Below are positions 1 to 13,064 of a stretch of 64,000 bases of DNA, one piece after another. The notes beneath the pieces were generated by a model. That model worked only from the letters and a program-made list of their open reading frames with translations. It had not been told where the DNA came from and did not search any database. A program made the translations under genes and the position numbers. The stretch is from Curvularia clavata (Eukaryota): the NCBI GenBank assembly GCA_023920165.1, contig CP089274.1, forward strand, positions 806,001 through 870,000, given 5' to 3'. Position 1 is the first letter of the stretch, and the number at the start of each line of letters is the position of its first letter.

Positions 1-3000
1 ACTGATACGTGTGACTTCGTTATCTTGATCCATGCCGGAGTTTTGAGTCGTCTGTGGCTGGGGCGTAAACCGCATACGCTTGGCAGGATCCAACTCCTCT
101 TCATCCTAGACACATGTTATTGGTGATGGTCCTGGTAACTTGTGACGATGATACTTACTGCCAAAGGCCGCTTAATACGTTCAGGCATACGAGAATTCGC
201 CAAGGGCTGTGACATTTGCGTCTGATACTCGATGACATCCTTGATACTGCCAATGGATGGTATCGGCCAGCTCAACTCAGCGCCCTCTGTCGTGTCCATG
301 ATCCATTCAGCCACCAAAGACGCACAAACAGTGTCTCGTGGTGTATTTTCATCGATGGCTTTACCAATATCTGGGCGAACATGTGCCAGACTTGCTAGGA
401 TGGTGTGGATCCGCTCTACCGCATTCAGGCTGGGAGATATGTAACGCTCAATGTGCCCAACAGTCCTGGGAATCACAAGATGAATCACGGGTATGACCTG
501 GCGTTCGGGAGACACTGCCCAGTTTTGTTTGCGGATCTGTGTCGCTTCTTGAAAGCCATCAAGGCAAATGATAAGGTCGGCAGGACGTATGATATCGGGC
601 GCATTGTTCGGAATAATGGTAACTAGCAAGTTTCCTTCGGCTTTTGCAGGATCGGGTTGAATGCCTCTTGTCGGCATGTTGTAGTTGATGTTCTTGGCTT
701 TGCAGAAAGTGTCAAGAATCTGGAAGAGTGCGTCATCATCCTTCTCGGTAACCACCACGACATGCTTCGGAGCGCCAGAATCTCGTATATCGCCGAACAG
801 CTTATGTAGAAATCTGAACTTGGTTGAATTATCCATACCGAACTGGGCGGCATGTGCAGATTGCGTCATGGACATTTCATCATTTAAGAAGCATGACTCG
901 GCCTCAGCAAAGACCAGGTCGATGTGTGTCTCTATTGCGCGGAGGTATGATAAAATCTCTTCCATTTGCGAGATCGGCTTTACGCTGTGTGGATCTTTGA
1001 GAAATTGCTCCAAAATGTCCTTCTTAAGTGCAATGTGCTGAGTGTACATGTCACTTTGTCGACCTTGAATGAAGAGAGGTACGATGAACTCTTGCTCTGC
1101 TAGTTGCAAATCATCGTTGAGGAGACTTTCGCTGTCTTCATCGTCTGCATCACTAACGTCCATGTCATCAGAGCCAGCATGTGGGTGTGCCTCAGGCGCT
1201 GTGGAACCAGCATCTTCGGCTTCAGCGGGTTCGGGATGAACACCGGATAGCGATACCATAGTCTCGTCTTGCGGAGATGCTGCTCGAGGAGCATATACAA
1301 CGGTCCTCAGTGAAGTGGGCACTTGTACAGCCGGAGAACGATCTGGCACAGTCGAGGGCGATCGTGTACCTTCTTGTTCAGCTGCCCTTGACAGTCTGCT
1401 CGCCGCAGCGGGAGCAGTGGGTCCCTCTGCTGCTGGTACAGATGGCGTGACAGATGACCTGGGAGTCCGCTTTCTTGGAGTGAAAGGGTTCTCGGCCCTA
1501 TGCTTAGCTAAAGCCTCTTCCATCTGTCGCTTGATAATGTCTGCGGTGCTTTCACTGGCCATATTGGATGCAGACGATATTGAGGCAGGTGTGCAGGGTC
1601 TTGAGGGAAGTCCTGACTCTTGCGTTTTGAGTGAGTAGCTTGGCGGATGCGGGACTGGTGACGAACTGTGAGATATGATCCTTGATAACTGCTCTGGTGT
1701 CTCCTGTGAGGAGTCGTGACGCGATTCTGGACTCGCCCTATCTTCGGTACAATCCTTTTCAACAGTGGACCGTATGCTGTCAACTGTTTCTTCCTGGGTA
1801 CTCAGGACAGCCTCCAAAGCTACGACCTGCGCGTGCTGCTCAGGCTCGTCCAAGGAATCAAAGGATTGGCGGCGTTCTCCTGATGCCGGCGGCGAGTTGC
1901 GAACAGACTTTGATATCGACAATACCTCGGGACAATTATTGTTTCGGGGTTGACTGTGCGCTGGTAATGTGACTGATTGGTGTGGTGAATCGTAAGACAA
2001 GTCTGAGGGAGCCCTGTTTGGAGCAACTAGTCCAGTGAGCGCTTGCCCGTTTTGAGCCGCTAGTGTCGCACTAGCACCTGCAGGAGGCTGCGAACTTGGT
2101 CTTAATGATTGCGGCTCTGGTTGGGAATCGCGAATTGGGAATTGAGAGTGGAATTGGAATTGGTCGTTGTCCGCTACTGAGTTATCGGCTTGACTTGGCT
2201 GGCTGACACGAATGTCGAGATGCTGGGATGCTAGTACAGGCTGCGCAGACTCGCCAAGGTCAACAGCAGCAATTTGTGGAGCACTGCGGTCTACGTCACA
2301 TATATCAGTCCTGGAGATTGGGCTGTTACCAAGAACCGTAGACGGGTGTCTTGGTGAAAGAGGGATTTCGTCTATATTGACAAATTCCAGTGAGCCGCTC
2401 TCGTCAGCCTCCGCTAATGCTTGTATCTGAGAGACTCGTTCTTGAGGCTGTTGTAGTACACTAGCGCTCGAGACGCTCTGTTCTACGGAATGTGAGCCGC
2501 CTGTTAGAGTCTCAGACTCAATCACCAGTTGCACGGCAGCTTCTTCGGAATCCTCTATCGTTGGAAGAGCTTGCTCTTGATCTCTGTCCTGGGATGTAGC
2601 AGCTTGTGAGAGACTTCGCACAAGTTCAAGCACACCCGAAACTCGAGCTCTTCGTTGTTGGCTCTGCGAATCTGTGGCAGTTGTGTCTGGTATAGTCTCT
2701 GGAATTGATCTCGTGGGTGAAGTAGCTAAAGCCGCTCCTTGAACGATTTCAAGAAGACCCTGTACACATCCATTAGCAAAACAATTCTCCTTCCACCTGT
2801 GATTGTCTAAATGTACCGAGTCGTTTGCAAGATCTTCCTCTTCCTCTTCCTCTGGTAGACTGCTAGAACCAATGCTTTGCTGGCTGGTATTTCCTGTGTG
2901 TTGTGTAGGGGGTATGAAGCTCTGCGAATCAGGAACGATACCGGATGAGTAGGGTCGCGTTGTAGCAAAGAGCTGTGAGCTGTCGAGATCAGTGTCTTGA

Positions 3001-3608
3001 CTAAGCGTCTGCGTAGAAATTGGTTGTGATGAGGATATCTGAGAGACAACCTCAAACTCGTTTCGTTCAAGACTGCGACCACGTTGGGGTATGTGTATAT
3101 GAGGCGAGGCCCGTCGAGAGGTCGTTTGGATGCCAGCACACGAAGCTGCAGTACTAGATATATTTGCTGAGACAGATCTACTGTGTATGGGTGTAGATGA
3201 TGCCGAAGTAGACGAAGAGCGGTCAGCCGACTCTGGACTGCTCTCAATTACCCGCGAATTACGAATGCGCCTTGATGCCTGACCCTCTGTCTTTTGTTCT
3301 GAGCGCCTTCTGATACTATGTTCTGATCTCTGCGCTTTTTCTTGCTGCCAATGCGCCACCAATTCGTCGTTTGCGTTTTCCTCAGGCTCCCAGGTAGTCG
3401 GCCACTCTTTTCCAGTGCTTGGGTCTGTGCCTTTCCATTTAATGTGGTATTTTTTAACCCCCCGTACAAAGCGCTCCTCTAGGATACATTCGGCTTCCCA
3501 AAGCTTAGACTCGTCGTCGCTCGGCTCGATTGCGATGGACTCAACGTAGCTGGGTCGCTTGTTCGGCTTCGTTCTTGTCGGATTCCGTTTTCTTTTGGAT
3601 TGCGCCAT
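1..3608 (-). CDS. Chromodomain protein with C-terminal Hda2/Hda3 (class II HDAC complex subunit)-like region; 3' end runs off window
   Basis: ATG 3608 (MAQSKRKR). N-terminal chromodomain LWEAECILEER..YHIKWKG..TWEPEEN, long S/Q/P-rich linker, then a globular region (IVPLFIQGRQ...STKFRFL...ADLIICLD...PVIHLVIPRTVGHIE) resembling Hda2/3. In-frame intron 2760-2816 (GTACAT..GCTAAT..ACAG) and intron 106-158; frame continues DEEELDPAKRMRFTPQ to position 1. Confidence 0.75.
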
Positions 3609-4348
3609 CACACGCAACGGCGGCCTATGATTGATGCCATGTAGTCTGTGTCCATTGCGAATGAGAGCGTGTCTAGTGACGGTAGAGGTGTTGACCGAGT
3701 AGTGAGGGTGGTGTGAGCAAGACTCTCTGGGCCCTGTCGCGATCCGCGCGAACGCGTTGGCGCGTGACTACGCGCCCGACTAATGATGTCCACCTTTACT
3801 GGTGGGATGGACCCCGACAAAAGGCCCAACACCGTGAAAGAATGAGCTTGTCTTTACCAACACATGTTCCAAAACCTCGGATATTTTCCAAGCAAAGACA
3901 CAAGTTCTACAGTATGCGTCTGCAAACCGTGGTCTTCAAATCAGGTAGTTTTTCACAAATTGCAGACTGGATGAAGTTAACCCGATTGATTCAATGGAGA
4001 CTCGGGTCTTCAGCTTGTTCAAAACATTAACTATCATACATCGTGAATGCACCCGAAGATGCCCGCATACTCGAACAAAGCCCATGCTATATGAATCCAA
4101 AAATGCCCGCATACTCAAACAGATCCCAGCATAACTTCAATCGTCATCGGAACAGTACCGGAACTTGGCTCTTCAGACATATTGACTTAGTGCTGACTTG
4201 CCTAATACATCGGCTGCCCATTCCTAGACTTACTAGACCAACTGCGCTGTGGAGAACGTTGTGCGGTTGGGTCATACAAGCTCCATATACTGAGCCGCCG
4301 AGTGACGACTCCAACAGCTTCAACATGAACAATCCGTACTATCATAGC

Positions 4349-6108
4349 TTAACCTTGATAACGCCCGCCACGACCGTTGCCCCTCCAGCCGCCTCTGTTG
4401 GTATGGTAACCGCCACGTTGGGGGCTGCCATAACCATAACCACGTCCCATTTGAAAACCACCCCGGTTCTGATTATGAGGTACATTGCTATTGTAACCAT
4501 TGCCGTACTGGCTACCGTATTGCGGGCCATTTGGTGGTGTATTCATGTTCAAGGCTTGAGGAGACCATGGGCCGGTGTGGTTGTGAGGGTGAGGTGGTAT
4601 GAATGCACCAGCACCTTGGTATCTTGGCGGGGAATGTGAAGCATCAAAAGGCGTTACGGGCAAGGGCGGCCGTCCTTGAAATTGACCCGGCTGGGACGGT
4701 CTACCCCGCTGCGGCCCGCGCTGAGACTCATCTCGATGATGGGGCCTCGGCGGGCTTCGACTTCCATGTTGTCGACCGTAGTCATTCGAACCTCTACGCA
4801 TTGGGTTGGGTGAGTCGTGATAGCGGTCCCGCGTGCCAGAACGAGATGGTGAACGAGAGCGACGGCTGTCATAGGTCGACGCTGATCTGTGACGACTGCG
4901 GCTGCGACTGCGACTGCGACTGCGGCTGGGGCTGCTGCTAGTATACCTTCTCTCATTGCGTCTGTGATCAGTATCTGTTGGGGACGACCAACGATGGCGT
5001 GATCTCTCGTTCTCCATGCGCTTCAAGCCCTCACGCGCGATCTTGATGTTTTCTGGAACACCGTACTTTCGCAGATCTTGACAGAACTTCATCGACCATC
5101 CGTATCCGTTCGCTACTGTCTTTGCCTGACCGGTTTCTTTGTCCCGCTTGACTAGTTGACCCACCGGATCCAGAGATAGTGTGTACCTCGTTGTCTCGCC
5201 GGTCGGGTTGTCTGCAGTCGGTCGGTATCTGAGGTCGATGTTGTCGAAGAAATCGTCGAGGAGCTGCTGAACATGTGGAGAGACTGGCTTCTTGCCTAAC
5301 TTCTGAATCCTGATATCCTGAGGGTCGATCGAGTCGTTTTTAGGGTCTCTGAGCTTGATCATGGGTTCGAGCATATATGAGGCGGGGAGATCGTACCACG
5401 GGGCCGTCTTGTCGCCGTGATACTCTGGTAAAAGGTAGTTGCGTTTGCTGCCTTGCGCTACCAGAAGTGCGTCTCCTGCTGTTTGTCTAAATAGTTTCAG
5501 GCAATCTGGACTGGCAAGGCGGTTGAGCGCCCAGTAGTTGATTAGGGCTACCAAGTCCTTCTCCAGCTGTGTGTCTTTCTCGGTCATGAACTCGGCGACT
5601 TGTTGGATGAGCTGCGCGACAAACTTGCCACACGCGTTGCCAAACATGCCTTGCTGCATGTTGTTATGACGATGGAATTTGTCGGCATGAAGGACGTCGC
5701 TGACGATGCGCAAAAGGTCCATGCGATTTCTGGAAGCCTTTGCGACGGGTGTGCTTTGGTCTACAACAGTGTTCTTTGAGAGAGCTGTGAGATAGTCTCC
5801 GAGAGCATCAATGCGGGCTTTCGAGGGAGCAATGTGCTCCATGATACAATCGGTGCATGTCTACGGCATGTGAATAAGTCTTCACTTAGAGAGAGAGATA
5901 GAGAGAGAAAGACATAGAGAGGGGTGGAGGGGGATCAAGTTAAAGGTACCTGTATATTTGCTGGTGTGTTCTGCTGAAGAACAGCCTCGATGCTGGTAAA
6001 GAGTTGCGCGCTGACGTCCGCTGGGAGACGGGCTTCGGTATTGGTCTCGGAGGTCTTGATTGCCTGCTGGAACTTTAGCTTAGCGATCGTTGCAGCAAAG
6101 GCCTCCAT
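4349..6108 (-). CDS. CID (Pol II CTD-interacting)-domain protein with RS-rich tail, CHERP-like
   Basis: Exon 1 5950-6108 (MEAFAATIAKLKF...), intron 5861-5949, exon 2 joins the 497-aa ORF. Helical CID-like N-terminus (LLRIVSDVLH, LINYW), PWYDLPASYM...IDPQDIRI...LLDDFF...GYGWS, SRSRSRSR tract, RGG-rich end. Confidence 0.7.
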
Positions 6109-6289
6109 TTTGAGGCGAGCAATGCGGCAAGAGGATCGCCGGGGTGGAAAAGATGAAGGGAGCCCAACGCGACGCCGACATACCGCGACGGTTTGCCTGC
6201 AAATGGCGCTAAACTAGCGCGCCGACAGCCGCACCCCCACCCCCACCACGCGGCTCTCACCTTGCAGCACACACCTGCACGTGCCAGCC

Positions 6290-7150
6290 ATGGCCGCAAA
6301 CGACGCCATCGAAGATGAGGTCACCTCCCTGAATGCCATCTTTGGTGAGGACACTCTTTCGCCCATTGATGAGCATGCAAGTCTTTACGGTTTACGCTTG
6401 CCTTCACTCCCCTCCATCACCCTCCGCATAGAGTTCCCCGCAGACTATCCAGATGCTCCTCCATCAGTATTGGGCACTCAAACAGTCGGCCAGGACGTGC
6501 CCAAGGGTATGGGCAGTCGGGCGGTCGAGATAGTGCGGGACGTCCTCGCAAGAGTGTATCGGCCCGGGGAAGCGTGTATCTACGATCTGCTTGAGGAGGC
6601 ACGAGAAGCCTTGGAGCAAGCAGAAGAGCATGGACATATACAATTGCATGACCATCACGAAAATGCGCATGCAGAAGCGGGTGAAGTCTCACGTGATCTG
6701 CCTGACCCAGCCATCGACCTTGGACCAGAGCCACCATGGATCATTGCGCCTGCTCTTACCGAGAAGAAGTCGGTCTTCTTAGCCCGCGTGGCACCAGTGT
6801 CATCTCCAGCCCAAGCTAGGCAATATGTTGCACATCTGCTTGCAACAGACAAAAAGGCTGCTCGCGCGACTCATAACATGACTGCATGGCGCATCAAGGG
6901 CTCCAACGACACAAGCTATCAAGACTGTGATGACGATGGCGAGACCGCCGCTGGCTCACGCATGTTACATCTGATGCAGCTCATGGATGTGTGGAACGTA
7001 ATGGTTGTTGTCACAAGATGGTATGGCGGAATTCTACTTGGCCCGGATCGGTTCCGCATTATCAACACTGCTGCGAGGGAAGCCTTGATTCTGGGAGGCT
7101 TTGCAAAGGATGGAAAAGAGGGAGATGTGAAGAAGAAAGGCAAAAAATAG
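6290..7150 (+). CDS. YIH1: IMPACT/Yih1 family protein (RWD + ancient UPF0029 domain)
   Basis: RWD hallmark FPADYPDAPP; KKSVFLA, ATHNMTAWRI, DDDGETAAG, VVVTRWYGGILLGPDRF. Confidence 0.95.
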   Translation: MAANDAIEDEVTSLNAIFGEDTLSPIDEHASLYGLRLPSLPSITLRIEFPADYPDAPPSVLGTQTVGQDVPKGMGSRAVEIVRDVLARVYRPGEACIYDLLEEAREALEQAEEHGHIQLHDHHENAHAEAGEVSRDLPDPAIDLGPEPPWIIAPALTEKKSVFLARVAPVSSPAQARQYVAHLLATDKKAARATHNMTAWRIKGSNDTSYQDCDDDGETAAGSRMLHLMQLMDVWNVMVVVTRWYGGILLGPDRFRIINTAAREALILGGFAKDGKEGDVKKKGKK

Positions 7151-7609
7151 GCCTGTGGCATGTACATACATAGAGACGTGTCTTTAGAAACACATAGCGT
7201 TACGCATGCTATCTCACCGAGATTAAATTATATGCTCTGTTCTCGTGCCTTGCAAGTGACTCAGTTCTAACCCAAGCATTGTCTTTCTGTCTTGCTGTTA
7301 CCATCGTGTCACGCTGCGGTCACTAACAAATGATCATCCAGATTTTCATCACGATACTGTGCTTCAAGAAACATGCTCAGCCAAATTAGGGAAGGGGGGC
7401 GTCCCCAGAATCTCTAATATTATTCAAATGAGTGACTACGAAACTAGGACAGTAACACCCATAATGGCCTAGCCGGAGTGTTGGACCCGGCTTTGCCATC
7501 GCCACCACCATTCACCTTCCACATTCCCCTCATCACAATTTCACCGCACATTCATCCAAACATATTTACTTTTCTCGGTTGCAGAGCGTCTGAAGATATT
7601 GCTAGCTCT

Positions 7610-8065
7610 TTACACAGTAATCCAAGAGCGGATAGCCAGGTTCTGGCATCCAGGAGCCTGGCCAGGCTTGATCTCGATCCAGTTTCCGCTAGTGGTAGAG
7701 GTGAGCTGCGAGCAGGGCAGGTTGAAGAAACGGACTATATATCAGTCAGAACATCAATCGCCTACCAACGCGTTCAATATCAATTTCTGGTACTCACCGG
7801 TCCTGCTAAAGTTGTTGGTGTCAAAGAATGTGCTGACGAATGGCCCAACATCCAGGTTCTGGCATCCGGCCAGTCCGACAGTCTCAGACTGGATGAAAAC
7901 AGTGTCTTCGGCGTATGGCGAAGGGCCACAGCCGCCGTCATTGTAGAAGCGGGCGTAGACGCGGGGGACGCCGCCGTCCTGGCGTTTGTTGGCATCCTGC
8001 TCAATGGGGGTGGCGCTGACGGCCAGGACAGTGGCAATAAGACCAGTGAGAGTAGTGAACTGCAT
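7610..8065 (-). CDS. Small secreted Cys-containing protein (130 aa), effector candidate
   Basis: Signal peptide MQFTTLTGLIATVLAVSA, Kex2-like KR. Intron 7735-7797 (GTGAGT..CTGAC..ATAG); exon 2 VRFFNLPCSQLTSTTSGNWIEIKPGQAPGCQNLAIRSWITV*; 4 Cys. Confidence 0.85.
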
Positions 8066-10249
8066 GTTGACGTTGTGGATTGGGGATTGATGAATCAATT
8101 GGTAGAAAAGTTATGTATATGTAGTGAGGTAGTGAGATGAGGAAGTTCTGAAGATATGCGCGAGACGTGCTTTCTTTATGTAGTCCTCTTGTATGCATCA
8201 CTCTTACCTCTTTAGTATACCTCAATGTTTACAAAGATTCCACCAACTCGAGTGGAGTCTCCAGAGTTTGGTTGTGAATAGTTGGTGGCGCAGTCATTCT
8301 CCACTCGAGGTTGGCTTAAGCTAGAGCGGATGATCTCGAAGTTTTCATCGAAGCTGAGCTGATATCAGCATCTGAAGAACTATATGCAGTCAAGTGATCT
8401 CGGACATGATCATAAATCAGAGCCATAGAAAGGCATCGTCCTGGTAATATATCAACGTAACCAGTCTTAAGATTATGGAACTGTGATGCCAATGTCTTTG
8501 GAATAGAGGCCTACCACAGACTTGATCGCTACATCGTTCAACGCTCACTAATGCTAGCAAATGTGCGATCCCAAACCCACTTGCTAGATGAGGAAATGCA
8601 TCTGGTGTCCCATCTTGTCTGCACTCCACTAAGACTCGCAGCATCGACCCGAATACCGGGTCAAGCCCCGGCAGTGATCGCACGGACAGAAAATCGTACG
8701 AAGGAATGCATGCCCGCACTCGAAGTAAGTTCTAAACTACGCAATTAGAGTCCGCTGACTACGTTTGTCCGCACGGGACCTCACACCCGTTACGCGTAAA
8801 AGTGGATCCAAGCCACGACTAAGTGTTGGTTGTAAGACGCCACCTGTTGCCTTCTTCGAGTTCCCTTCACGTCTAGATGTATCAGTAAGGGTGAGGTTGC
8901 ACATTTTATACGCAATGCATCCTGTCGCATCTTTTGTCGTTTCGAGAAAAGTTAGATGTAGGCTCTTTTCTGAATTTGGGCACGTTCTCCATACACATCC
9001 TACTAGAATCTAAGCGGACGCTCAAACAAAAACTCTTACCTCGATCGTGACAAAGAGTACCACAACATTCACCGCCACTCTCTTATTTCTCACTTCGCTA
9101 GGAAAGAGGCGGAAGCTAAGAGAAGTTAGCAAGTTCTCTTCCCTAACAAACAACTAGATGTTGTTACGTGAACTACATTTTATTAGAAAGCCAGAGCGTT
9201 CTTATTTGTCGTAGTGGGCGTTTCGAACGCCTTCATGTGGAGCTGCGCATGTGTACTCTTCTGTTCATAGCATCAAAGTCAAATTTCAGACCTGGAGTGA
9301 AAAGCATCCTCACTTTTGCCCCAGGCATATAATAATAGACTCATACATAAACCTGTTTATTTACCATGAATATGCCAACTAGCCAGGTGGCATATCCGAT
9401 GGTCCGCCCTTGCAGCAGCCTATCGAATTCACAAGCGAGTGTGGGGGTGGCTGTCAGATACATGTAAGAGCCTAGAAACGCGGTCTGTGTAATGAATTAC
9501 CTATCAGAAGGCAAAACGTTCAACTCGTTAATTGGCATTACCAGTATGAATGAATCCTTCTAAAGAAATAGCTGTCGCCAGCGACCTTGTCTATATCGTA
9601 TCTCAACACAACAAAACTTCTAGGAGAACAAGTCGAGCTTTCATCATCCATCCTTAAAATAAGCATTAGTCCTTCAACGCCATCATCTCTTCTGTACTAT
9701 ATCCTTCTCATACCAAACCCCAAAATCTTCTCCACAAGCCTAAACATATACAAGAAAGTCTTCATTCCTCATTCCGTAATACTCGCTTACTGTACGCCCC
9801 ACTCCAAACTTCCACTCTTGTCTCTCTTCTTTTACTCGAAGAAGAAGTAAGGATCAAGCCGCCCACCGCCACTGTGTCAGCTTACAGCAACACATCGAGT
9901 GAAACAAATGACGTAAATATTGCAGCCAGCCAAACCATGATTCGGCACCTGCAGCAGGGATCGGATGCATGGGCGGGCCGCTATTTTTCCTGCGCCTCAC
10001 TTCCCAAATCCTTCCCTTGTTTGTGTCGACTGCAGAATGAGCCTAGATTATGTAGTTTTTGAACCCCTTTTCAACATTGCAAGAGAAGACCCCATGCATT
10101 ATGCCATATGTGCATCCTTTGTTGAAGGATGTAAAGACACATACACATCACCCAAGCGTTCCTGTTGCCATCGTACTGTGTTCTCAAAGCAGTCTCGAAG
10201 ATCAAATGTAATCCGCAAGTAATCAAGCAAATCGATCACCGCCCGCGGA

Positions 10250-12189
10250 CTACAGAAACGCGATTCTAGGCAGTGGCTTATTCTTCACTTGTTCGTACAC
10301 CCACGACTTCCTTGACGCTTGCGCCCTCTTGGCGCTCGGCAGTCGTTTCGGCGGCCGAGTATGATGTTCTGGTATGGGGAGGTCGTCGGGCATGTTGATG
10401 AGCATGGCTGCTGCCGCTTCGGCTGCCATGAGCTTACTCGGAGAAGGTCCGCGGGGAGGTGGCACTGGTTTGCGCGGGACACGATTCACGGAGGTTTCTT
10501 TGGGGGGTGAGTAGTGTTTGTCTTCGGTGGGACTGCTGTCGGGGCTGAAGAGACTGAGGAAGCCTGGTGAGGTGCTGCGTACGTAGTTTCTGTGGGAGTT
10601 GGGAGGTGTTTCGTGGGATTCGTATCTCCTTGTCGAAATTTCGTACTTGTCGTCGGGCCCATCGTGATCCGGCTGTGCTGTGGAGGCAGTCATGTGAGGT
10701 ATGTGGTATGACTTTCGCGCCCTGGACATGTTGTCGAATGAAGTTACTAGTTGGATATTTCCTCGTCGATTACTAGGATGTGTTGCCATAGGCATGGGTA
10801 TAGCCTTTGAAATGGCACGCGCGATTTCACTCGAATTTGCCCTCGAAGAAGATTCATCTTGGCTGTCTGAGTCTGTGTGTTCAGTTCGTGAGCTGACACT
10901 TGGGGCGGCCGAGGTGTAACTGAGACGTTTTGGACGAGTAAGGGAGATCGAGGAGCGGGAATAAGGGTTCTGATAGGAGATTCGGGCATTTGCTACGTCG
11001 GAACGAGAATGTGACACAAGAGCCAGTGACTCTGGGTTGGGATGAACAGCCTGCCACGTAGATGGTGAGAAGGGCGCTGGCAATGATTGCCGTTTATTAA
11101 CATCAGCTTCAGGTGATCTCGAAGTGTTGTCAACTGTGTTGTGGCCATTGAGTGGTTGAGATGCCGATGGAAAGTTGCCTGGCAGGGAGTTGCGACGTGG
11201 GGTAATGTATGCAGCCGGTATAGGTGGCGGTGCATGCTTGGAGGTGAACACTCCCGTTTCAGGGGATTGCACTGTAAAAGGACCAGGCGGCGATGAAAGT
11301 GATGAACGGTTATCTGGGATGATCCTGTTGACACCAACATTGGATAGATTGGAGACGTTGACTTCATATGAAGATCTCGATCGCCGTTGGGACTCGAGAT
11401 GCGCTCGGAAATCATGCGAGGCAATTTCCGAATGAGACATCTCGGGAGCATATGGTTGCGAATACACCTCGATTGACGACTGATAACCATGATTGAACAA
11501 ATGCGCTTCGAACGGACGACTGACATTGGCGAGAATGCCTAAGAGGACAATTGACGCACCACTGGATTGTTTGTCAGTCCGAATAAACCAAGTCCAAGCC
11601 AGATACTAACAGTGCAAACGCTGCAAAGGTCATTCCTGTACGGCTGATCAAGCAAGTAGAGCCATACTCCCAGCTATGAAGCCCTGTCGCCATTTGCAAG
11701 CAGACAGGTCTCCTCGCGACGAGTATCATGTTCCACCCAAAAGTCACTAGCCAGAGTACGCACAAATATCCTACTAGGTGGGTGGGAACAGAAGAGGTTC
11801 GTTTAGCTGTGAGTGTGTATCGCTGCTGCTGCTCTTGAAGCTTTTGCTTGATTGAAAGTATTGTATGAAAGAAAGTGTAGCCGATTGTCACTAGAGCCTG
11901 TACGTCTCAGTCTAGACAGCCTTGCATCACAAGATTGAGTTCTACTTACCGATGTCACTGTCAAAGCCACTTGTGCATAACTGGAGGCATCCATTGGATC
12001 AGAGATAATCTGATAGATGGACGCGGCGATGCAGATGAGCGAACTCCATAGCAGCACATTGAGAATGATTGTGATGACGATTAGTGACGCTTTTCGACGA
12101 TTGCCCTTTCCCCGAGTTCTTGTCGGCCTCTGTGGAGTCTTCGTGGGTGGCTTGAGAGCTTTGTTGCCGCTACGACCCCATCCAGCCAT
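10250..12189 (-). CDS. Hypothetical membrane protein: ~4 N-terminal TM helices plus long disordered S/P-rich C-terminus
   Basis: Three exons joined by GT-AG introns (11898-11949 and ~11563-11610) link ORFs 11803-12189, 11574-11891 and 10250-11500. Hydrophobic segments LIVITIILNVLLWSSLICIAA and LVGYLCVLWLVTFGW. Confidence 0.75.
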
Positions 12190-13064
12190 TAGAGAAACGG
12201 GAGCGTAGGAAGGCGGAAGAGAGACGACAGGGCTTAAGCCAACACATCAATCCACATGTAAAGAAATTGTGGCTGTGAGCTAAGGGAGGAGTGACAAGGG
12301 AGGTCGCAAGTATGTAATGAACGAAGTGGGTCTCTTGAACTGTTGCATTAAGCTGTCAAAGTCTCACACCGGGAGCGTCTCAGAAGTAACGCTATTGATA
12401 CGATATTACTGGCCCAACCCTACAAGATGCAATTTAACATTCTATATCTCCATTGGTCATGAGCAGCAGTAAGTTGAAGTGTTGTGCTATAATAAGGCAC
12501 AAGAAACGTCGTTTGGTGTGAACCCGGCAAGTGAGCGTATTCTCGCTCAAGCTCATCAATCACCAAGGGTCATGCGACCTTCCAGCATTACCAGAAGCCG
12601 TTGGCACGATCCCTGCTTTTGATACAAGATTTCTTGACGTAATCGATACCTGTTCATCTGGCGAGGGGCTTCGTGGAACGCATTGGCGCACTTTCGCATA
12701 TAGGGAAAGCGATCATGCGAAGGCAAGAAGGATACCCTTGAACACAATGCTGGCCAAACCATGCAAAAGGGCTGCTATCACAGGCCGAATGAAATTTGCG
12801 ACGTCTCCTCGAAGTCGTCAGGAAGTCGTCTTAGTGACGATTGGAGGACGAAGTGCATGAAGATTATCTTCAGCCAAAGTTCCCCAACTATGCAATGCAT
12901 GAGCTCGACTCATTGAAGAGGGGATAGAGTTATGATATCGTCATCCGTAAAAAGCTGGCCAGTAGGCTCTCCAGCGCGCTGGAAGCTGGATGCTAGGAAG
13001 ACGCGTATGCGGGAAGATATGCGTCGGGCCGTGCCGAGGCGGAGGCAATAGTTCTGTTGCGCAT

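Noticed and set aside
9587..10222. Pyrimidine-rich leader-like sequence with short ORFs
   Set aside because: No convincing start, intron or protein features.
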